Of a DNA stretch of 26,169 nucleotides, positions 1-8,134 are shown piece by piece. Each line of letters opens with the position of its first letter. Within the stretch, counting starts at the first letter, position 1. A program made the translations under genes and the position numbers. Origin of the DNA: a virus (lineage: Duplodnaviria > Caudoviricetes); IMG/VR virus record IMGVR_UViG_3300021982_000385, positions 1 to 26,169 of that record. One strand, written 5' to 3'. The notes beneath the pieces were generated by a model. The model was not told the origin of the DNA. It did not search any database and saw only the letters and a program-made list of their open reading frames with translations.

Positions 1-1119
1 TTAAATAGCAAGTTTGGTCCATTCCTTCCCGCGATCATCGTTGTATCTGTCAGTGGTTGACTGTGTTTTATGCCCCAGCAAAATTTTCGTATCGATCCCC
101 TGGGCGCGGTAAAGTCGTTCGGACAATGAGCGCTGTTCGTGAAACGTTGTGGGTGTTTTTCCTGCAGGCGGTACGATACCGGCGGCATCACGTGCCGCGG
201 CAAACTCTTTGGAAACCAGAATCAGATTCACAGGTTTCGCCTTACTGTTCATTTTCCCGTGCAAGAGGTAGGGACTGACAAACCTATCCCTACATTTCCG
301 TATTACATCCTCCAGCGATAAGCCAATGGCTTCACAACGGAGGTTCAGCGGCAATGCAATACGTGCCCCCGTTTTGCTTTGCTCGATGTGCAGATAGCCG
401 TCCTTAATGTCTGAAAACTTCATGTTCGCAATATCCTCCCGGCGCTGACCAGTGACTAAGGCAAGCAGCATCGCTTTATGCGAGTACCGATCCTCGGGTA
501 TTTGCGCCAGTATTTTTTTCCATTCGTCCAGAGAGAGGCGCGCACGTGTAACCTTCACCGAAGGTTTTTTTGTTGCTGCTGGTGGATTCCATCCAGGAGG
601 CACCTCTCCTGCATGTTGTGCTTCAGTGAAAATATCCACCCATACCACCCGGTTACAGAGGGCACTGCTGGCATGTCCTGCATCCAGATATTCATCCAGT
701 AACACGGCAAAATCCTTTACCTCCAAACTCTTCATTGGCCGGGAACCAAGCCGCCTGGAAAGCAACTCTGCCATGCGTTTTTTTTCTTTAAAGCGTTTCA
801 GCGATAGCGATCCGGCATCCAGGCTTTGTTTCTGAATCTTCAGATATCGTTCTATCCATGCTTTGAGACTGATCCCGCGCTGTGCTGCTGCTTTTGGAGT
901 ATCATCAATTTGGCGCAAATAGTGCTCAGCTTCTGCTGCTGCAATTCTCTGATTTGCCGTTGTGGCTATTTTTTCCGCTTTCTCTCTGTCTGTTCCCAAG
1001 CCGTGGAACTTACCCGTTAAAGGGTTTTTATACTGGTAGTATGTTTTTGCTGTGCGACGATCAAACCGGGCATACAGCCCGGAAATTGATACATTATTTT
1101 TTCGTGGCCTTGGTGACAT
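1..1119 (-). CDS. int: Lambda-type tyrosine integrase
   Basis: N-terminal arm-binding domain (YYQYKNPLTGKFHGLG); catalytic motifs TGQRREDI, HEQRSL, LLGH, DRY. Confidence 0.95.
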   Translation of the reverse strand: MSPRPRKNNVSISGLYARFDRRTAKTYYQYKNPLTGKFHGLGTDREKAEKIATTANQRIAAAEAEHYLRQIDDTPKAAAQRGISLKAWIERYLKIQKQSLDAGSLSLKRFKEKKRMAELLSRRLGSRPMKSLEVKDFAVLLDEYLDAGHASSALCNRVVWVDIFTEAQHAGEVPPGWNPPAATKKPSVKVTRARLSLDEWKKILAQIPEDRYSHKAMLLALVTGQRREDIANMKFSDIKDGYLHIEQSKTGARIALPLNLRCEAIGLSLEDVIRKCRDRFVSPYLLHGKMNSKAKPVNLILVSKEFAAARDAAGIVPPAGKTPTTFHEQRSLSERLYRAQGIDTKILLGHKTQSTTDRYNDDRGKEWTKLAI

Positions 1120-1357
1120 CGCTCAGGATCTCCCGCAAAATTTCGTCATCGTCACTGTGAATTTCTGGTTCGACTCCCGTCGCGCCTGGTCCGATATAAA
1201 TTGCCTGTTCGTCTATACACCAACGATTTCCAATTTTAATCGGCCTCGGTTGTATGTATCCAAGTTTCCCGTGTTTCACCAGGCATGTGATTGTTATGGG
1301 GAAGTGCAATCTGCGAGCTTTCCAGTCACGCAGCGGTATCAGACTTTGTTCACTCAT
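1094..1357 (-). CDS. xis: Excisionase
   Basis: Small gene overlapping the int start; GYIQPRPIKIGNRWCID matches the Exc family; ATG at 1357 preferred. Confidence 0.85.
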   Translation of the reverse strand: MSEQSLIPLRDWKARRLHFPITITCLVKHGKLGYIQPRPIKIGNRWCIDEQAIYIGPGATGVEPEIHSDDDEILREILSDVTKATKK

Positions 1358-1374
1358 AGCTATCACTCTTGATA

Positions 1375-1405
1375 GCCAGCTGCGATCATACGTGCTGCAG
1401 CTGGC
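1375..1405. other. Stem-loop upstream of xis
   Basis: GCCAGCTGC-N13-GCAGCTGGC perfect 9-bp inverted repeat, no U-tract. Confidence 0.5.
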
Positions 1406-1417
1406 GGATATTGAATC

Positions 1418-1660
1418 TCACGAATCAGCCAACCCTGGCAGGCGGCGAAGATGACGGGCTTTGGTCATGGCCGTCGCCACATAACTACGGCTCCGGTTGA
1501 CGACTTCAACTGTCACTTTCTGTTCGCCGACACGCACTGTGTAAATCGTCTGGGTGTAGCGACGCCCATGTTCGCCATATTTTTCAAAATGGCATTTGAG
1601 CGCGGCGGCGCATGCTGGCCCGCCGATGCTGTCTCGTTTGCTCCGGTTAATCAGACGCAC
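1418..1660 (-). CDS. DUF4060-like phage protein
   Basis: GTG start overlapping the upstream gene end; MRLINRS...YVATAM...RRL signature and usual position before xis. Confidence 0.75.
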   Translation of the reverse strand: MRLINRSKRDSIGGPACAAALKCHFEKYGEHGRRYTQTIYTVRVGEQKVTVEVVNRSRSYVATAMTKARHLRRLPGLADS

Positions 1661-3548
1661 TGGAGCCTTCCTGATGATTGATAACGCTGCGGGCAAGCCC
1701 GGCGGCCATAGCTGGTAATTCCTCATGCTGATTGCAATATGCTGGGTTGGAACATAAGCCCTGCAGTGCTGCAATGGTCAGCTGCTGCAGGTAGGTAACA
1801 GAAGAAAGCGGAGCGTTTATTTCAGGCGCTGGTTCGGGCTCTGCTTTCGGCTTTGCAGTAACTGACGGCGGATCGAGCACGACAGATTTTGGTGGTTCGG
1901 GTCGTCGGTATTCCACGATCGCATCAAGCGCTATTTTCTGACGAACGCTAATATCATCGGTCCAGCTATCCAGCATGGTGGTGGCCACGTCGTGGATCTC
2001 CTCGTCGGTGAAATCAGGAGACAGGCAAAATTCTGTGGCGGTGATATCTTCCATTAGTAGCGGGATAACATCGGAAACGAGCTGGCCGGTGCATGCCACC
2101 ACTCCCTCTGCTTCTTCTTTCCCCATGATGTCGGTGCGGCCAGATATCAGGTCATTCAGTGCATGCAAAATTGAAATTTCGCGTTCGCCTGGTGCTGGTG
2201 GTACTTCCTGTTTTTCGACTTCATTTGAGGCGGTGGTATTTATAAGAGCATCGACAGAGAAGACTCCGCCACCTAAGTTCTCCACCCGCGGCTGATCCCC
2301 GGTTTGATTTTCAGGTGCTGGGCTCTGAGCGAATGCGTCGTTGAGTTCTTTGTCGAGTTGCGCAGCTTTGCCAGGGCAAACTGCTGGTGGCAGAGTTTCG
2401 CCCGGTACAGTCGATTCGGTTTCATCATTTTCTTTTTGCTCAGCATTGGTGCGAGGTTTTGGGCGGCAGGCCGTATCAATTGTTTTCTGGTCAGGGTGCG
2501 CGTGGTCAGATTCAACCAACTCGCGATTGATGTATTCCCGTAATTTGATCGGATTGAGCCAGATGTCTTCAGGTGCTGACTTGATCAGGGCGATGATGGA
2601 CGCTCGCGAATAGTCCAAAATTCCAGGGGTACCGCGTAGCTGCGCCCACCATGCAGTAAAACGAGGATCCTGTGCAGCTTCCGCCATTGCTTTCGCTGGA
2701 ATCATGTATTTATTCGGGATCCAGTAAATGTCGATCTCGTCGTACATACTCAGAATGGCAATAGCCACTTCGATACGCAGCGTAGAGAGGTTATGAACCA
2801 GATCCGGGCTACGGTCTGTCTTGTTTCCACCACCCAGCGTGGAGCCGGTGTCTGTACGGTTTTCTTCTGTGGTGGTGGTAGACAGAGGACGCTTATCAAC
2901 TGGTGTATCGATCCATTTAGCGATCTGCTTTTTAATGTCCGGCCACTGTGCAGATTCTTTGGTGTTCTCACGTAACCAGGAGAGTAATTGCGCCTGGCGT
3001 TCCGGCACCAGTTCAAGCGCGCGTCGCTCTTTTGCCAGTGCTTCTGCAAGCTCGCGGGCAAAGCTGGGTTCATCGTCATTCTTCAAATCGACGATCTGGC
3101 CATACTGCGCTGAAGTGATTCCAGGGACCGGGCCGAACAGTGCCAGACAAGCTGCGCGGGATGCCAAATCGAGCTGCGCAACGATTTTAATTTCTTCCTG
3201 AGTCTTGTTGTCCTCCCATTCTTCCTTTGCTTTAGTCTCTGGCTTTGGTGCAGCAGCTGGTTCACCGCGGTTGGTATTCCAGACAACATGCTCACCAAAG
3301 AAATCAGAGCTAAACACATCAAGCCCAGGGCAGGGGAGATCATCATGGTGCTCCCAGATTTTCACCTTAAAATAATCATCAATATGTTCAGGATGTTCAG
3401 CCGCAAGCTTACCGAAAATAACGGCCTCAGCGATGGCTTTTGTGGCCGCATTAACTGCGGTGGCAAGTGGTTTTAAATCGGGATGTTTTTTTAATGCTTT
3501 ATCTTTTGGGAAGTAAGCACCACCAAATACTTTTAACTCAACAGACAT
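1647..3548 (-). CDS. RecE/exonuclease VIII N-terminal-region homologue lacking a recognisable nuclease domain
   Basis: GGGNKTDR..VH.L, PGILDYSRA and ESDHAHPD..ID.AC align with the Rac RecE N-terminal region; no PD-(D/E)xK C-terminal domain. Confidence 0.8.
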   Translation of the reverse strand: MSVELKVFGGAYFPKDKALKKHPDLKPLATAVNAATKAIAEAVIFGKLAAEHPEHIDDYFKVKIWEHHDDLPCPGLDVFSSDFFGEHVVWNTNRGEPAAAPKPETKAKEEWEDNKTQEEIKIVAQLDLASRAACLALFGPVPGITSAQYGQIVDLKNDDEPSFARELAEALAKERRALELVPERQAQLLSWLRENTKESAQWPDIKKQIAKWIDTPVDKRPLSTTTTEENRTDTGSTLGGGNKTDRSPDLVHNLSTLRIEVAIAILSMYDEIDIYWIPNKYMIPAKAMAEAAQDPRFTAWWAQLRGTPGILDYSRASIIALIKSAPEDIWLNPIKLREYINRELVESDHAHPDQKTIDTACRPKPRTNAEQKENDETESTVPGETLPPAVCPGKAAQLDKELNDAFAQSPAPENQTGDQPRVENLGGGVFSVDALINTTASNEVEKQEVPPAPGEREISILHALNDLISGRTDIMGKEEAEGVVACTGQLVSDVIPLLMEDITATEFCLSPDFTDEEIHDVATTMLDSWTDDISVRQKIALDAIVEYRRPEPPKSVVLDPPSVTAKPKAEPEPAPEINAPLSSVTYLQQLTIAALQGLCSNPAYCNQHEELPAMAAGLARSVINHQEGSSASD

Positions 3549-3559
3549 AATAACCTCGT

Positions 3560-3769
3560 TTAATATTTGAAAAATGATGTTGAATGAAATGGCTTGCGGA
3601 TGCCGCGTTTTACTTTTTTTAAAGCGTCACGCTTTTCTCTTTTTTCATTGCATTGCTCACATAAATAAATCGTGCGCTTAAAGGGATATATGTCTGATTT
3701 CCTTTCGTGCATTTCCGATTTTTTATATTCGTGGCAGCAAACAGCGCAATGACAAATGATGTCGTCCAT
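3560..3769 (-). CDS. Small zinc-finger-like protein
   Basis: CAVC...CEQC pair with a basic tail; tightly packed in the leftward operon. Confidence 0.65.
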   Translation of the reverse strand: MDDIICHCAVCCHEYKKSEMHERKSDIYPFKRTIYLCEQCNEKREKRDALKKVKRGIRKPFHSTSFFKY

Positions 3770-3770
3770 A

Positions 3771-4043
3771 TCAATTGAGTTGTTGGCGCTTATGGTCGTA
3801 ATAGGTCATGCCACATGAGTTCTGCGCTTCTGCGAACTTCACAGACAGCAAACTAATATGTTTAACAGCGCAGGCTGGGCAATCGAACTCCCCGAGTACG
3901 TAGCCACCATCAATCACAACGGTAACAGGGCCAGAGGATGGCAAATGAACCACGCCTGAAATAGCATCGTTAATATTAAAGGTTGCAATATCTTTATTTA
4001 CGATAACAAGATTCAGCTCAACGGTTGTAACGCTCACTTTCAT
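3771..4043 (-). CDS. Hypothetical phage protein (CPAC motif)
   Basis: AAGGAG SD, 90 aa, 1-nt gap to the next gene. Confidence 0.7.
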   Translation of the reverse strand: MKVSVTTVELNLVIVNKDIATFNINDAISGVVHLPSSGPVTVVIDGGYVLGEFDCPACAVKHISLLSVKFAEAQNSCGMTYYDHKRQQLN

Positions 4044-4113
4044 TTTGAACTCCTTGGTTCAGGGTGTGAAAATCCCTGCCGTTTAAGGCATCGATTTTTT
4101 TAAGTTAGTAAAA

Positions 4114-4299
4114 TTAAATAACGTTTAAGCTATCTCGCCACTCCTGGCGGGGTTGGCGATGCACTACAAAATTTCTGTATTTACGTAATACTTTCCAAGC
4201 GGCATGACATCCGGCAACATCACGAAGAAACACTGATGTGACAAGTTTACCCTGAGCCCATGCAATTTGCTGTTCCGGAGTTAATTGTGTTTTATTCAT
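4114..4299 (-). CDS. kil: Lambda Kil-like cell division inhibitor
   Basis: AQGKLVTSVFLRD resembles lambda Kil IQTKFTIATFIGD; early left position; ATG at 4299. Confidence 0.6.
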   Translation of the reverse strand: MNKTQLTPEQQIAWAQGKLVTSVFLRDVAGCHAAWKVLRKYRNFVVHRQPRQEWRDSLNVI

Positions 4300-4329
4300 T
4301 ACTGAATACCCCGCTGAGAAATTAATCCT

Positions 4330-4387
4330 AAAAAGGGCGGTATAATCATGGACCACGGGAAAGCATATACCGCCAAGCGATCAAATC
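4330..4387 (-). ncRNA. DicF-like sRNA / terminator hairpin
   Basis: Minus strand TTGGCGGTAT...CCGTG...TACCGCCCTTTTT resembles Qin DicF (TTTGGCGGTAT...CCGTG...TGCCGCCC plus U-tract). Confidence 0.55.
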
Positions 4388-4906
4388 TTATTGCATCTGA
4401 AATAATTGCCGCTGAGTTAATCTGTTTTCCCATAATCGGAGGGCAGTTGCTTTTGCCCAGCGGTACCATTCCCGGCCAGCTTCTTTGTAAGAATTACCGA
4501 GTCTAACCAGATCCCAGGTTTCCTGTGAAAAATCGGGTTTTTTATTGGCGATATGCTGCCGGGCTGCGATCATGTTGTCGATTGCTGCGTTGATTTCCAG
4601 CGCTTCGACGTGTGCTTCGTCCATATCCAGTTCTTTTGCACAGGTGCTGGAGATTTTCATCACACCATCCACGAACTCGATCATCTGCGCTGGAGGAACA
4701 GAACAATCAATCGACTCTTCACCTACCAGTTCGTAACCATCCTCCTCCTCAATGAGATCGATGTTGAATGCAGCAAAGCACCAGTCTGCTGATTTGTTCG
4801 GACGGGCCAGCATGTCCATTCCGTTATCAAGGCGGGTTCCAGTTGCTTCTTCTGCGATTTGAAAACCATCGCGTCGCTGATAAATCATGAATTTTCTTTC
4901 CATCAC
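4388..4906 (-). CDS. Hypothetical protein, first gene of the pL operon
   Basis: 172-aa ORF with GAGGAG/AGGTG SD-like sequence; no recognised family. Confidence 0.7.
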   Translation of the reverse strand: MMERKFMIYQRRDGFQIAEEATGTRLDNGMDMLARPNKSADWCFAAFNIDLIEEEDGYELVGEESIDCSVPPAQMIEFVDGVMKISSTCAKELDMDEAHVEALEINAAIDNMIAARQHIANKKPDFSQETWDLVRLGNSYKEAGREWYRWAKATALRLWENRLTQRQLFQMQ

Positions 4907-4982
4907 CTATCTCCTCTTCTCACCCTTATCGCCGGGTAGGCGGAACGTTTACCTGTCGCACCTGTTGTGCTTCGATGAGTAG

Positions 4983-5010
4983 AGAATACAACATAAAGTA
5001 GATGTGTCAA
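4983..5010 (-). promoter_or_regulatory. pL promoter
   Basis: TTGACA-16 nt-TATTCT on the minus strand with an operator in the spacer. Confidence 0.7.
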
Positions 5011-5053
5011 CACTAAAAGTAGAAAATGAGAGGGGTTGCGCTACTTGTGGTAG
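4989..5053. promoter_or_regulatory. OL operators (3)
   Basis: CAAC-ATAAA-GTAG 4989-5001, ACAC-TAAAA-GTAG 5010-5022, CTAC-TTGTG-GTAG 5041-5053. Confidence 0.7.
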
Positions 5054-5066
5054 TGGTGAAAGGCGT

Positions 5067-5092
5067 AAAAAAACCCGGCATGTGCCGGGTTA
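5067..5092 (-). terminator. Rho-independent terminator of the repressor gene
   Basis: AACCCGGC-ATGT-GCCGGGTT followed by a T-run on the minus strand. Confidence 0.8.
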
Positions 5093-5105
5093 TTTGGGAT
5101 TTTTT

Positions 5106-5561
5106 TTACTTCTGCGGGGTGTTGGCGTACTTCAGAAAGAAATCATATAGCTGCTTATACCGCATTTCGAACGCCAGTAGCATGTTCTTGGCTTCGACGC
5201 TTGGGAACTGCCTATACACTCGAAGCAGTCGCTTTTCGTCTTCGCTTAAATCTCTGAATTCCGCATCGCTGTCAATGTCAGGATCTGTCGGCGGGAAGCC
5301 CGAAAACTCAGTTTCCGGAAGCTTGATGGGTACACTCTCGCCTTCGCCATAATCAAGCCATGCCGCTTGGACATTTAGCCAGTCAGCTATCTTTTGCAGT
5401 TTCTCATCGCGTGGCTTAGCCGTGCCCAGCGTATAACGACGAGCCATTTCGTATGTGACATCGCAAGCCTGGCTTAAATCCTTTACGGAACGGCGCTGTC
5501 TGCGCATTTCTTCGGTCAGCCGGTTAGCGAAATCCTGATGTTTATTCGCTTTTTCTACCAT
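5106..5561 (-). CDS. cI: CI-like repressor, DicA/RacR/Gifsy type (XRE HTH, no S24 peptidase domain)
   Basis: HTH (SVKDLSQACDVTYEMARRY...WLDYG); helical C-terminus LSEDEKRLLRVYRQFP; divergent from cro. Confidence 0.85.
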   Translation of the reverse strand: MVEKANKHQDFANRLTEEMRRQRRSVKDLSQACDVTYEMARRYTLGTAKPRDEKLQKIADWLNVQAAWLDYGEGESVPIKLPETEFSGFPPTDPDIDSDAEFRDLSEDEKRLLRVYRQFPSVEAKNMLLAFEMRYKQLYDFFLKYANTPQK

Positions 5562-5634
5562 AGGTAGAAGAGTAAGGCACGGCGCGTTCATAGTCATTTC
5601 TATTTTTCGTAGTTGTGTTTTCTACTTTATGTAG
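5555..5634. promoter_or_regulatory. OR operators (3)
   Basis: CTAC-CATAG-GTAG 5555-5567, CTAT-TTTTC-GTAG 5600-5612, CTAC-TTTAT-GTAG 5622-5634. Confidence 0.75.
5569..5597 (-). promoter_or_regulatory. pRM-like promoter (probably leaderless cI mRNA)
   Basis: ATGACT-17 nt-TACTCT, then 7 nt to the ATG; no SD. Confidence 0.5.
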
Positions 5635-5640
5635 TATATT
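5613..5640 (+). promoter_or_regulatory. pR promoter
   Basis: TTGTGT-16 nt-TATATT with an operator in the spacer, mirroring pL. Confidence 0.55.
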
Positions 5641-5669
5641 GCAGTCATCGACTCATTCAGGAGAACACG

Positions 5670-5939
5670 ATGACTACTTCATACAAGAACATAACTGAAA
5701 AGGCGGTGAGGTCGATTGGTTCTGTTTCGGCCGTCGCACGAAAATTCAACTTTAAGTCCTCACAGTCAGTTGCAAACTGGATTATCCGAAACCGAGTTCC
5801 AAGTGAGCGAGTTATTAAGCTCTGTGAATTTGGCGGCTGGACAGTTACCCCGCATGAGTTACGTCCGGATTTGCATCCGACCCCTACCAGCGGAATTCCT
5901 GTTCAGGATATCCCACGCGCGCAGAAGGAGTCTGACTGA
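5670..5939 (+). CDS. cro: Cro/YdaS-like regulator
   Basis: AGGAG SD; SVSAVARKF..SSQSVANW HTH; TPHELRPDL motif. Confidence 0.85.
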   Translation: MTTSYKNITEKAVRSIGSVSAVARKFNFKSSQSVANWIIRNRVPSERVIKLCEFGGWTVTPHELRPDLHPTPTSGIPVQDIPRAQKESD

Positions 5940-6388
5940 TGGAAATCAAAAAACTGGCATGTGAGCTGGAGTCCTGGGCGCAGGAAAAGGGCTGGAAGAC
6001 AGTGACGCAGCTGATAACCCCTCATCACTTTGGCGATCTGCTTCAGTCACTGGATGACGTATCGGATCCGGACGAGTACGCGCGGCGGCTGCACAACAAC
6101 AAGCAGATTATTCAGCGTGCGTTCCGCAACGATACGCCGAACTACCTGAAACAGGCTGAAGCCCTGAGCTATGCCATTCGTACCGCTATTGATAACGAAC
6201 TGGCGCAGAAGGACTGCATGCACTACCGGGCGGCCAGGGTTAACAAAGAGTGTATCGAAGCCACCAACGCTGTCTTCACAGGCAAGCCGCAACCGGTAAT
6301 CCGACGCGAGACTCTGGAAGCGATCGACGCGCTGGCGCAGATGGCTGGCGTGAAAGTCCAAATTATGCACTGCCATCGTGCGGCGTAA
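5939..6388 (+). CDS. CII/YdaT-like transcriptional regulator
   Basis: LESWAQEKGWK.V and NKQIIQRAFR motifs; lies between cro and the replication gene. Confidence 0.7.
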   Translation: MEIKKLACELESWAQEKGWKTVTQLITPHHFGDLLQSLDDVSDPDEYARRLHNNKQIIQRAFRNDTPNYLKQAEALSYAIRTAIDNELAQKDCMHYRAARVNKECIEATNAVFTGKPQPVIRRETLEAIDALAQMAGVKVQIMHCHRAA

Positions 6389-6402
6389 GGGTCAGTAAAA
6401 CC

Positions 6403-7374
6403 ATGAATCCATCTGACATCATTCGCGGGTTCGGTCGTCCGGTTGCTTATTACCCGGCACTGGCCGAACACCTCGGCGGCGTTAGCGCCACAGTTCTTTT
6501 TTGCCAGATGACCTACTGGATGGACAAGCTCACCTCTGATCTGGGTGTGCATAAAACCTCAGAGGAAATTGAGGATGAAACCGGGCTGAGTTACGAAGAG
6601 CAGCTGACGGCCCGGAAAAAGCTTAAGCGTCTGGGGGTTTTGGTAGAGACACATAAGCGACTGGAGCACCGGATTTACTTCAAAGTTAACTTTGAGCGAG
6701 TGGATCAGGTACTAACGCAAGCCATTGATAAATCACCAAATGGGCAAAACCCATTTCGGGGAATGGACAAAGCCCAAGTCGGTAACGAGGGAATCCCTTG
6801 TTCGGGAACTGGGGAAAGCCCAGCCCGCGGGGAAGGCAAAACCCATTTCGATCCTACAGAGATTACTACAGAGACTACTACAGAGAATAAAAACACTTCT
6901 TGTCCGGACGCTTCGCTGTCGGACGAACGACTGACCAAAGAGGCATTTTTAAATCGTCATCCAGAAGCCGTGGTTGCACATGCAGGAAAACGGCAGTGGG
7001 GAAGCAAGGAAGATCTGACCTGCGCCCAGTGGATGTGGAACCGCATCGTCAAACTGTATGAAAAAGCCGCTGAGACAGACGGGGAACTGGTGCGCCCTAA
7101 AGAGCCTAACTGGGCTGCATGGTCCAACGAAATCCGGCTGATGTGTGCCGTTGACGGCAGAACACATAAGCAAATTTGCGAAATGTTTTCGCGTGTACAG
7201 CGAGATCCGTTCTGGTGCCGGAACGTGATGTCACCGTCAAAACTGCGCGAAAAATGGGATGACTTAATTCTTCGACTGCCATCGCCAGGGGCGGCTCAGA
7301 ATCAGGCTGGTGGCCGGGATATCAATCGGATCTCCCGTCCTGACAGCTCCGTTCCGCCAGGATTCAGGGGGTAA
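6403..7374 (+). CDS. Phage replication initiator (O-like)
   Basis: GRPVAYYP wHTH N-terminus, internal iterons, FW..NVMSPSKLREKWD and PPGFRG C-terminus. Confidence 0.85.
   Translation: MNPSDIIRGFGRPVAYYPALAEHLGGVSATVLFCQMTYWMDKLTSDLGVHKTSEEIEDETGLSYEEQLTARKKLKRLGVLVETHKRLEHRIYFKVNFERVDQVLTQAIDKSPNGQNPFRGMDKAQVGNEGIPCSGTGESPARGEGKTHFDPTEITTETTTENKNTSCPDASLSDERLTKEAFLNRHPEAVVAHAGKRQWGSKEDLTCAQWMWNRIVKLYEKAAETDGELVRPKEPNWAAWSNEIRLMCAVDGRTHKQICEMFSRVQRDPFWCRNVMSPSKLREKWDDLILRLPSPGAAQNQAGGRDINRISRPDSSVPPGFRG
6738..6890. repeat. Replication origin: five iterons at 23-bp period plus three TACAGAGA repeats at 12-bp period
   Basis: GG(C/G)AAA(A/G)CCCA-like cores at 6743, 6766, 6789, 6812 and 6835. 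Confidence 0.75.
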
Positions 7375-7376
7375 GC

Positions 7377-8117
7377 ATGCAAAACGCAGGTTCCATTCTC
7401 GATCGCCTTCGCCGCGTAATTCCGCAGGGCGTAGAACCCAAATTCAAGAGCGCCGCTGAGCTGATGGCCTGGCAGCGAGAGGAAGGGCTAAAACGTGCCG
7501 CTGAGGTGGACAAACTCAACCAGCAGGCACGTGCAGAGAAAATTTTCGGGCGATCCGGGATCCAGAACCTGCACCGTAGCTGCAGCTTCGCGAATTACAC
7601 GGTGAACGGCGATGGCCAGCGCCACGCCCTGAGTATGGCAAAGAGCTATGCGCAAAATTTTGGAACCGGCTTTGCGAGTTTCGTTTTCACCGGAAAGCCA
7701 GGCACTGGCAAAAACCATCTGTCAGCAGCCATTGGAAATTATCTGCTGAAACAGGGGCGAACGGTTCTGATTGTGACGGTTCCGGATCTGACCCTTCGCG
7801 CCAGGGCCTGTTATGACGAAGGACGTTCTGAAGCCGCGCTGCTGGATGATCTCTGCAAAGTTGATCTGCTGGTGCTTGACGAAGTCGGTATTCAGCGCGA
7901 CAGCCGCGGCGAGAAAGTTTTGTTGAACCAGATTATCGATCGCCGCCTGGCCGCCATGCGCCCGGTTGGTGTTCTGACCAATCTGAATTACGACGCGCTG
8001 GTAGAAACCCTGGGTGAAAGGGTTGTTGACCGCCTGCGCATGGATAACGGCATTTGGGTGAACTTTGACTGGGAGAGCTATCGCGGAAACGTTAGCCACC
8101 TGAGACCTGTTAAGTAA
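7377..8117 (+). CDS. dnaC: DnaC/IstB-like helicase loader ATPase
   Basis: Walker A GKPGTGKNH, Walker B LLVLDEVG, FDWESYR. Confidence 0.92.
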   Translation: MQNAGSILDRLRRVIPQGVEPKFKSAAELMAWQREEGLKRAAEVDKLNQQARAEKIFGRSGIQNLHRSCSFANYTVNGDGQRHALSMAKSYAQNFGTGFASFVFTGKPGTGKNHLSAAIGNYLLKQGRTVLIVTVPDLTLRARACYDEGRSEAALLDDLCKVDLLVLDEVGIQRDSRGEKVLLNQIIDRRLAAMRPVGVLTNLNYDALVETLGERVVDRLRMDNGIWVNFDWESYRGNVSHLRPVK

Positions 8118-8134
8118 ATTTTGAGGAGAAAATT

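Noticed and set aside
1-60. attL site
   Set aside because: The window starts at the int stop codon, so att lies outside it
6250-6402. N-terminal extension of the replication protein
   Set aside because: Overlaps the CII-like gene; the family-like sequence starts at ATG 6403
6738-6890. CRISPR-like array
   Set aside because: Degenerate contiguous repeats inside a CDS with no spacers; these are iterons
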